NCBI GenBank assembly: GCA_965222375.1
Contig: CBDCTZ010000016.1
Location: 384,001-448,000 of the forward strand
DNA length: 64,000 nt
Direction of reading: 5' to 3'
Source of the DNA: Polyangiaceae bacterium
GTDB lineage: Bacteria > Myxococcota_A > Polyangia > Polyangiales > Polyangiaceae
Part shown: positions 1-9,609 of the stretch, one piece after another
How the letters are laid out: each line of letters starts with the position of its first letter
Numbering within the stretch: the stretch's first letter is position 1
Made by a program: the position numbers and the translations under genes
The notes under the pieces: model-generated
The model's database searches: none
What the model saw: the letters and a program-made list of their open reading frames with translations, nothing else
Told to the model about the DNA's origin: nothing

Positions 1-151
1 GTCGGGCCTCCCTGCTGCGGTGTCAATGAAGCAAGTTGGGTGGTTCGACTTGCTCGACCTTGCCGACGCTAAACTGCACTACTGACGCGTGCCATCCGGT
101 CGACAGAGCGGAAGCTCGTGTCCGGCGAGTCGGCGTTCGGTGGTTTGCGAA

Positions 152-2239
<2,088 letters not shown>

Positions 2240-2377
2240 GGCAACGGCTCCCTGCGAGTTCAAGTCCCGCCGCACGCTGCTATCGCAACAGCATGATTAC
2301 TGCTGCGGGCACCGCATGCCGCACTGCGGCACGACGGGCGACCCGTATAGCCCACGACGGGGCATAGCGGAAGCCAA

Positions 2378-3604
2378 ATGGGCAGGGTAAAAGGCAGGAA
2401 GCCCGTGCCTCTGGCCCTGCTAAAAAACTCAATCCAAACGTATGCTTGGGGCTCTCACTCCGTGCTGGCGGAGCTGCAGGGACGGCCTGCGCCCAGCGCG
2501 CAGCCCGAGGCAGAGCTTTGGATGGGGGCCCATCCGTCTGCGCCGTCCCGGCTGGAATTGCCGTCCGGAGAGCGAGCGCTCGATCGGGCCATCGCCGAGG
2601 CACCGCTAGAAGCGCTGGGCGAAGAGGTGGCCGAGGAGTTCGATGGGCGGCTGCCCTTCTTGCTCAAGGTGCTCGCGGCAGCCGAGCCGCTTTCGCTGCA
2701 GGCGCACCCCAGCCGCGCGCTGGCCTATGCGGGGTTCGCTGCCGAGGAACGAGCGGGCGTGCCGCGGGATGCGCCGAATCGCAACTACCGCGACGACAAC
2801 CACAAGCCCGAGCTGCTGTGCGCGCTGACGCCCTTCGACGCCTTGTGTGGCTTCCGGCAGCTCGCGGCGACGCAGCTGTTGTTGAAACAGCTGGGCGTGC
2901 CGGAGTTGGACGCATTCGCGGCTCGCCTCGTCGATGTGCCCGGGCTGCGCGGTGTGTTCGAAGAGCTGTATGCACTCTCCGCAGACGCCGCGGCGGATTT
3001 GGAACGTCGCGTCAGCGCCGCCTGCCGTGCGCATCGCGAACACACGCTGTTCGGAAGCTCTTACGGCTGGGCTTGCCGCCTTTCGGACAAATACGCTGGC
3101 GACATCGGCGTCGTCACGTCCCTCTTGCTCAATCTGATCCAGTTGAAACCCGGTCAGGCGCTGTATCTGCCTGCTGGCAACCTGCACGCCTACTTGGAGG
3201 GCGCAGGCATCGAGATCATGGCGAGTAGCGACAACGTGCTGCGCGGTGGCTTGACCGTCAAACACGTAGACGTGCCCGAACTGATGCGGGTGCTCGACTT
3301 TTCGCCGATCGACCCCCAGCCCGTGAGTGTGCGGGCGCCGGAGCTGGCTCGACAGCAGTACGTGACCGAAGCGCGAGAATTCTGTTTGGAAAGGGTTTCG
3401 CTCGAAGACGAGCTCATGCTGTCGCGTTCGCGCCCCGGTCCCGAAATATGGCTGTGCCACTCGGGCAGCGCGACCATCAGCGTTGGCCGCGAAACCCTTG
3501 CACTGACTCGGGGTGGTTCCTGCTTCATCCCGGCAACGTCTGCACAATTGGCGCTGCGCGGAAATGCAGTGCTCTTTCGAGCGTTGGTTGGCGCTTTGGC
3601 CTGA
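2378..3604 (+). CDS. manA: Mannose-6-phosphate isomerase, class I
   Basis: YAWGS, AELWMGAHP, LPFLLKVL, LSLQAHP, NHKPE, HAYLEG and SDNVLRGGLT motifs. Confidence 0.95.
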   Translation: MGRVKGRKPVPLALLKNSIQTYAWGSHSVLAELQGRPAPSAQPEAELWMGAHPSAPSRLELPSGERALDRAIAEAPLEALGEEVAEEFDGRLPFLLKVLAAAEPLSLQAHPSRALAYAGFAAEERAGVPRDAPNRNYRDDNHKPELLCALTPFDALCGFRQLAATQLLLKQLGVPELDAFAARLVDVPGLRGVFEELYALSADAAADLERRVSAACRAHREHTLFGSSYGWACRLSDKYAGDIGVVTSLLLNLIQLKPGQALYLPAGNLHAYLEGAGIEIMASSDNVLRGGLTVKHVDVPELMRVLDFSPIDPQPVSVRAPELARQQYVTEAREFCLERVSLEDELMLSRSRPGPEIWLCHSGSATISVGRETLALTRGGSCFIPATSAQLALRGNAVLFRALVGALA

Positions 3605-3643
3605 CGAATCGAAGGTGTACGCTCGGCGCTTCCAACCCGGGAG

Positions 3644-4888
3644 ATGGCCATGAGCATGAGCGCGACGGAGCAGACCAACCACTTTCTGCAACAGGCCTTC
3701 GAGCTGCTGAATTTGTCGCCTCGCTACAAGACGCTGCTCATCACGCCGTCCCGCGAACTGCGGGTCGAGATCGCCATCGAATTGGACAACGGCGAAATCG
3801 GTAACTTCATCGGTTACCGCATTCAGCACGACAACTCCCGCGGGCCCTACAAGGGCGGCTTGCGCTACCACCCGGATGTCGACTTGGACGAGGTGCGATC
3901 TCTGGCCAGCTTGATGACTTGGAAGACGGCGGTCGTGGGTGTGCCCTTTGGAGGGGCGAAGGGTGGTATCCAAGTCGATCCCAGCAAACTGAGCCGACGC
4001 GAAGTCGAGGGTTTGACCCGTCGCTTCGTCGACCAGATCGGCGATCTGGTCGGCCCCAACGAAGACATTCCCGCCCCCGACATGAACACCAACGCCCGAG
4101 TGATGGCGTGGATCTTCGACGAGTACAGCAAGCGCTTCGGATACGCACCCGGCGTAGTCACCGGAAAGCCCGTGGAGCTGCACGGAAGTTACGGCCGCGA
4201 TGCCGCCACCGGACGCGGCTGCTTGTTCGCCATTCGCGAGGTGCTCCATGCCGACGACAAGAAGCTGGAGGGCACTCGCATGGTGGTGCAGGGCTTCGGC
4301 AACGTGGGCAGCTGGTTTTCGCGGCTGGCCCATGAACAAGGCTCCCGCATCGTCGCCACCAGCGACATCAAGGGCGGCATCTTCAACGGCGATGGCTTGG
4401 ACATCCCCAGGTTGATGGAGCACGTCAAAGAGACCGGCAGCGTGGTCGGCTTCCCGGGATCCAAGCCTGTTTCCAATGAAGACCTGCTGATCGCGGACTG
4501 CGACGTGCTGGTCCCGGCGGCCCTGGGCCACGTCATCAACTCCGAGAACGCTCGCGACATCAAAGCCAAGTACGTCTTGGAGGGTGCCAATGGCCCGACC
4601 ACCGCGGAAGCCGACGAGATCCTCGACAAGCGCGGCATCATGTCCGTGCCGGACATTTACGCCAATGCTGGCGGCGTGACCGTGTCCTACTTCGAGTGGA
4701 CCCAGAACACGCAGCAGTTTCGTTGGACCGAGAAGCAGGTGAACGAAGCCCTGGAGGACCACATGGTCCGTGCCCACAAGTCCCTCGCCAAGACCATGGA
4801 CGAGCACAAGTGCTCCATGCGCAAAGCGGCCTTCGCGCTCGCCATTTTGCGCGTCAAAGAAGCGACGGATCTCCGCGGACTTGGATGA
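3644..4888 (+). CDS. gdhA: Glutamate dehydrogenase (Glu/Leu/Phe/Val dehydrogenase family)
   Basis: KGGLRYHP, PFGGAKGG, DIPAPDMNT, QGFGNVG, EGANGPTT and NAGGVTVSYFEW motifs. Confidence 0.95.
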   Translation: MAMSMSATEQTNHFLQQAFELLNLSPRYKTLLITPSRELRVEIAIELDNGEIGNFIGYRIQHDNSRGPYKGGLRYHPDVDLDEVRSLASLMTWKTAVVGVPFGGAKGGIQVDPSKLSRREVEGLTRRFVDQIGDLVGPNEDIPAPDMNTNARVMAWIFDEYSKRFGYAPGVVTGKPVELHGSYGRDAATGRGCLFAIREVLHADDKKLEGTRMVVQGFGNVGSWFSRLAHEQGSRIVATSDIKGGIFNGDGLDIPRLMEHVKETGSVVGFPGSKPVSNEDLLIADCDVLVPAALGHVINSENARDIKAKYVLEGANGPTTAEADEILDKRGIMSVPDIYANAGGVTVSYFEWTQNTQQFRWTEKQVNEALEDHMVRAHKSLAKTMDEHKCSMRKAAFALAILRVKEATDLRGLG

Positions 4889-5943
4889 GAGCGGTCGCGC
4901 CGCTGCTCGCACTTGCTCTGCTCGCATGCGAGCGCAGCCACGCCACGCCCCTGGGCGCAGAGCGTCCTGCACCCGCTTCGTCGACAACCCGGGTCGGGCG
5001 CTCGGTTTCGCTGCCGGCGACGCGCAACGAGCCGAACTCCGGGCGCTCGGTTTCGCTGCCGGCGACGCGCAACGAGCCGAACTCCGGGCGCTCGGTTTCG
5101 TCCACGGCGACGCGGGACAATGCGAAGTCCTGGCGCGCGGGCGGCAAGTCGCCCCTCGGGCCCGAGCTCGAGGCGCGTTACGCCTGGCTCAAGGGCGCGA
5201 AGGGCGTTCCCGAAGTCGTCGACACCCTACCCCAGCGCTTTCCTGCCCCCGTTGGCTACAAGCGCATCCGCCACGAGCCCAATAGCTTTGCCGCGTTCCT
5301 GCGGGATTTACCCCTCGCGCCCGCCGATACACCGGTGACCAGCTACAAGGGCCGCGTGATTGTCCCCGTGGGCGACCCTCGCGTGGCGGGCGTGGTGGCC
5401 CTCGATATCGGCAAAGCCGACTTGCAACAATGCGCAGACGCCGTGATGCGCCTGCACGGCGAGTGGCAATGGTCCCAAGGCGGCCGCAACATGAGCTACC
5501 GCGCGGCGGCAGGGCCCTCGATCTCGTACCATCGCTACGCCCGCGGCGACCGCCTGGTCGCCAAGGGTGCGTCGCTCTCCTGGCGCACGGGCGGCCAGCC
5601 TTCGAGCGACTACGCCGGCTTCCGTCGTTACGTGGACAGCGTGTTCGCTTGGGCCAACACCGTCAGCTTAGAAAAGCAAGCCAAGCCGGTCAGCCACGAC
5701 GAGCTGGCGCCCGGCGACTTCTTCATCCTGCCCGGCAACCCTGGCCACACCGTGCTGATCCTGGACGTCGCCACCAAAGGCGAAAAGAAGCTCGCCCTCT
5801 TGGGACAAAGCTTCATGCCGGCACAGAGTTTTCAAATCCTGCGCCCACGAGAAGGCGAAGTCTGGTTCGAACTCGATCCCGACAGCGACGTCGACACGCC
5901 GTTCTGGCGCCCATTTCCGTGGACGAGCTTGCGGCGGCTTTGA
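4885..5943 (+). CDS. DUF4846-like lipoprotein (putative Cys/His papain-like hydrolase)
   Basis: ATG at 4885 overlaps the gdhA stop (ATGA). Lipobox LLAC. Motifs LQQCADAVMRL, PGHTVLILDV and QSFMPAQ. Confidence 0.75.
   Translation: MRAVAPLLALALLACERSHATPLGAERPAPASSTTRVGRSVSLPATRNEPNSGRSVSLPATRNEPNSGRSVSSTATRDNAKSWRAGGKSPLGPELEARYAWLKGAKGVPEVVDTLPQRFPAPVGYKRIRHEPNSFAAFLRDLPLAPADTPVTSYKGRVIVPVGDPRVAGVVALDIGKADLQQCADAVMRLHGEWQWSQGGRNMSYRAAAGPSISYHRYARGDRLVAKGASLSWRTGGQPSSDYAGFRRYVDSVFAWANTVSLEKQAKPVSHDELAPGDFFILPGNPGHTVLILDVATKGEKKLALLGQSFMPAQSFQILRPREGEVWFELDPDSDVDTPFWRPFPWTSLRRL
4996..5100 (+). repeat. 45-bp in-frame tandem repeat (about 2.3 copies) encoding GRSVSLPATRNEPNS
   Basis: GGGCGCTCGGTTTCGCTGCCGGCGACGCGCAACGAGCCGAACTCC at 4996 and 5041, with a partial copy at 5086. 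Confidence 0.9.
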
Positions 5944-5976
5944 GCCGCGTCGACTGGTGGCTTCGCGAGTCCAAAT

Positions 5977-6390
5977 CAGAGTTGTCCTTGCAACTCTGGA
6001 ATCAGGGTGTCGAAGCGCGCCTCGCCGTTTGTTTGTTTGGTTGGTTGGGGTCGCATCGCTGGGGCGGCGATGGAGCACGACTCTCGCGCTTTCTCAGGGA
6101 GTGCGTTGGGAGCGAGCCTGGGAGGCCCAGATCGAAGCCGCGTGAGGCACGCAGTACACATTTCGCACGTGACCCATGAGGTCCGGCGCTTTGGGCGCCG
6201 CGAGCTTCGCACAAACAGCTCACGTGCCCCAACTCGTTGGCGCCGCGTCCGCTCCTCAGCAGCGACCCGCCCAAGAAGATGGTCCGCGTGCCGTGGCTCA
6301 ATCCAGAGTTGCGGTTGCAACACTGGATCCATGTTGGTGCAGGAGCCCTCGGTGCCGGCTATTCAGAGTTGCAGCTGCAACACTGGATCC
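5977..6390. repeat. Three copies of a palindromic REP-like element (CAGAGTTG-N6-CAAC[A/T]CTG)
   Basis: Copies at 5977-5998, 6301-6330 and 6361-6390 in a convergent intergenic region. Same core as the 22877-23119 array. Confidence 0.8.
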
Positions 6391-6419
6391 AAGTCGAGTG
6401 AGGGGCGCCTCAACTCTCG

Positions 6420-7016
6420 CTACTGCTTACACGCGGATGCGCCAGCGTCTGGTTTGGCTTGTTTCATGGCGGCGGTGGCTAGCTCTTCAATGCGGGAGCG
6501 GCAGGCTGGGTCCAATGTGAAAAAGTAGCCGACATCGGGTTCGTAGACGCTGCCGCTCGCCGAGGTGCAGCCGCTGAAGAACATGAGAGACCCGAGGTCC
6601 TGGGGTTTGAACGAGGCTTCCGCTCCTTGGGTTAGCAGAAACGTATCCTGAGGGGCGCCGCCAAACTGGCGCAGGATGCGCACTTTGTACTTGATGTGCA
6701 CATAGCCCTTGGTGGGAGCGGGCGTTTTGCCGTCGGTGCCAGTCACCGACGCTTCGACAATCTCGCCGAGGCCGCTCACTTGGGTGGTGGCTGCGTTACC
6801 CGCGATCAGATCCCCTGGGGGTAAGCCTCCCTCGCAGGGTGGCTCGGCTCGGGGCGGCACCTCAGCGCTGGCCGCCGCGGGCGGAGCGTTGTCCGTGGGC
6901 TCCGCTTCGCCAACCGTGAGCGCGGGTGGCGGCGCTGCGCGCTGCGCGTCGCGGGTGCACGCGCCAGCTGCGCCCAACGCAGCACACACCGCTATCACCC
7001 ACGCCGAGCGTCGCAC
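6420..7016 (-). CDS. Hypothetical lipoprotein
   Basis: Signal peptide with lipobox AGAC, Pro/Ala linker and a globular C-terminal domain. TAGGAT lies 6 nt before the GTG start. Confidence 0.7.
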   Translation of the reverse strand: MRRSAWVIAVCAALGAAGACTRDAQRAAPPPALTVGEAEPTDNAPPAAASAEVPPRAEPPCEGGLPPGDLIAGNAATTQVSGLGEIVEASVTGTDGKTPAPTKGYVHIKYKVRILRQFGGAPQDTFLLTQGAEASFKPQDLGSLMFFSGCTSASGSVYEPDVGYFFTLDPACRSRIEELATAAMKQAKPDAGASACKQ

Positions 7017-7019
7017 GAC

Positions 7020-7446
7020 GCAATCCTACGCCGAGCACGGCAAAGGTGAGAGAGATGCTGAGAAAGAATGGGCCCGCGTCCGAGAAGAACAGCTCACTAA
7101 CGTCTGTGACGTAGGCTGAATCGCTGGAAAACGGACGTTCATTGAACCCGACGCCGCCACCGGGCGGTGGTTTCGGATGCAGTTTGACGGTCGGGCTGGG
7201 TGTGCCGCTGGCGAGGCTGACAAAGTAGGTCTCGGGCTGCAGGGCCGTTTCTTGGCTCGCCGAGTAGACCATCGCCTCCCCGACGCCGCTGCTACCTCCA
7301 GTCGTGCCGCCGCTGCCACCGGTGGCGCCACCTATGCCCCCATCGGTCCCAGCGCTACCACCACCGCCGCCGCTCTCGTCGTCGCTGCCGCAGCTGGCGA
7401 TGAACAAACCAAAGACGATGCAACCGACCCGCCCCCATCCCACCAT
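7020..7446 (-). pseudogene. Probable truncated lipoprotein gene (N-terminus of a beta-propeller-type protein)
   Basis: Lipobox IASC, Gly-rich linker, then a propeller-like start (YFVSL...FSSDSAYV) that degenerates. The frame runs into the next gene out of frame and stops at 6862. The lower coordinate is approximate. Confidence 0.45.
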
Positions 7447-7788
7447 GTTTTCCAAGCTACTACCCAGAGAGACAGAGGTGGGGACAAACCTAACCCATCA
7501 CCGTCGGCGGGCTTCCGTTACGTCACGAGGTCTCGCAACCCGTAGCCGGAGGTTGCCTAGCGCTGAAACTCAACTCGGCACGATCGCGATTTGCCCGTCG
7601 CCAGCGATCACTCGCCAAAGCGCGATCGCAGGGGGGCGTGTGGCGCATTTCCTCTCTGCGTGGGCCCGTGTTTGCCGAAACGGGCAGGGCGGCGCGCGAC
7701 GCGTTCGGTTGCCACTTGGCTCCAGTGCGTTGACCAATCTCAAGATCAGGCCTGCGTAACCCGATCGGTGTGCGGTACAAGGCGATTC

Positions 7789-9324
7789 ATGGCGGCGAAA
7801 AAGAGCAGCAAGGGCGGCAACCGCCCCAAGAAGTCGCCAGGCAAGAGGGCGAAGTCAGCTGCGAAGCGCGGCGCGGTGCCCAGCAAGGGCGCGCAGCCGG
7901 CTGCGAAACGCGGCGCTGCTGCCGACACGGGTGCGAAGTCGGCGAAAGGCGGCGCGGCGTCCGGCAAGGGTGCGAAGCCCGCTGCGAAACGTGGTTCCGC
8001 GGCTTCACGCGGTGGGAAGCGCACGGCGCGGTCTAGCGCGTCCTCGGGGCTGAGCGGGGCTGCGCGGCGGATCGCGGAAGCTACGGGAAAGGCGCCGCCG
8101 CTGCGGCCTCGGGAACGGAAGCAGCGCCGCGCGCTGACTCATGTGGGTGGACCCATCGAGACGGCGGGTGACGCGCGGCTCGCGGAGGTGTTGCGCCGCG
8201 CGTTGGACGTCAGTGCGGATGAAAAGCGCACGCGAGCGGATGTACACGGATTTCACACTTATCCGGCGCGCATGCACCCGGACACGGCGTTTTCGCTGGT
8301 GATCTCATTGAGCCCGGAGGGCGGGCGGGTGCTCGATCCCTTTTGCGGCAGCGGCACAGTGGTGGCGGAGGCGCGCCGCGCGGGTCGTCGCGCTTTTGGT
8401 GTCGATGCGAACCCTCTCGCCTGCGAGCTCGCTTGGCTCAAAGCCCGGGGCATCACTGTGGACGAGAGCGCTATGCTCGCGGAAGCCGCGATGGAGATGC
8501 GGGAGCATGCGGACGTACGTCGCAAGAAGAAGCAAGGCGCCACGCAGCGTTACCCCCACGAAGACGTCGCACTCTTCGAGCCCCACGTATTGCTCGAACT
8601 AGACGGGCTGCGAGATGGGCTACGCTCCCTCCCGGGCAGCGACATCAGGCGCATGCTGTGGTTGGTGCTTTCGTCGCTGATTGGCAAAGTCAGTCGCCGC
8701 TCCGGGGATACGACTTCCGAAGCTGCGCCGCGGCGGCTTGGCGCGGGTTACACCGCCAAATTGTTTCAACGGCGCGCGGAAGAGCTCGGCAAGCGCATGC
8801 GGGAGTACTCGACGTCGCTGCCGAGCGGCGCACCGGCTGCAAAGGTCCGAACCGGTGACGCCCGGGACGTCGGTTACATCACCTCCGGTGGCATGGACTT
8901 GATCGCCACCTCGCCGCCCTATGCTGGTGTGTACGACTACTACGAGCATCATGCCGCGCGCCTGCGTTGGCTCGGCCTTCCCGCCTCACAATTCGAGTCG
9001 TCGGAGCTCGGCGCGCGGCGTCGGTTGGGCTCCCTGCCCTTCGCAAAAGCTCTGGGACGCTACCAGCAGGACTTCAATCGAGTCATCGAAGAGATGGCCC
9101 GGGTGCTCACCCCCAAAGGGCACGTCGCTTTTCAGGTCGCTGACAGCACCCTCGACGGGCGCGCCGTCCACGCTGACCGCTTGATCGAGCAGATGGCGGG
9201 CGCTCACGGCTTGGTGGTGGTGGCTCGCGCCAAACAGAAGCGCCCCAACTTCCACGCCGGCAGCCAGCGCGCCTTCGCCGGCCGCCCCCGCGCGGAGCAC
9301 TTGCTGCTTTTGAAGCGTCGCTAG
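7789..9324 (+). CDS. Orphan DNA methyltransferase (N4-cytosine/N6-adenine, SPPY type) with Lys/Ala-rich histone-like N-terminus
   Basis: HGFHTYPARMHP, motif I DPFCGSGT and motif IV TSPPY. N-terminal AAKRGA/KGAKP repeats. ATG at 7789. Confidence 0.8.
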   Translation: MAAKKSSKGGNRPKKSPGKRAKSAAKRGAVPSKGAQPAAKRGAAADTGAKSAKGGAASGKGAKPAAKRGSAASRGGKRTARSSASSGLSGAARRIAEATGKAPPLRPRERKQRRALTHVGGPIETAGDARLAEVLRRALDVSADEKRTRADVHGFHTYPARMHPDTAFSLVISLSPEGGRVLDPFCGSGTVVAEARRAGRRAFGVDANPLACELAWLKARGITVDESAMLAEAAMEMREHADVRRKKKQGATQRYPHEDVALFEPHVLLELDGLRDGLRSLPGSDIRRMLWLVLSSLIGKVSRRSGDTTSEAAPRRLGAGYTAKLFQRRAEELGKRMREYSTSLPSGAPAAKVRTGDARDVGYITSGGMDLIATSPPYAGVYDYYEHHAARLRWLGLPASQFESSELGARRRLGSLPFAKALGRYQQDFNRVIEEMARVLTPKGHVAFQVADSTLDGRAVHADRLIEQMAGAHGLVVVARAKQKRPNFHAGSQRAFAGRPRAEHLLLLKRR

Positions 9325-9405
9325 CGCCCCGCCGGCAGCCAGCGCGCCTTCGCCGGCCACCCCCGCGCGGAGCACTTGCTGCTTTTGAAGCGTCGCTAGC
9401 GCCCC
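9256..9405 (+). repeat. 75-bp tandem duplication of the methyltransferase 3' end, including the stop codon
   Basis: 9256-9330 and 9331-9405 are identical except for one G/A difference. Confidence 0.95.
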
Positions 9406-9609
9406 TGCGCTTGGCGCTGCCAGCACTTGCCACTCTTGGCGCGGCGCCGAGCCCTCGGACGCCCGTCTCGAATTAGCGAGCCAGGACCGCGGCGAGAGGC
9501 ACGCGTCCATGGCCCGGAGCGCTGCGACAATCCGCCGCCCAAATGCAGACGAGGCCCGCCAGCTTGCGCTGACAGACCTCGCGCCGAGCACTCAGTGCTC
9601 TCTGCTCGC

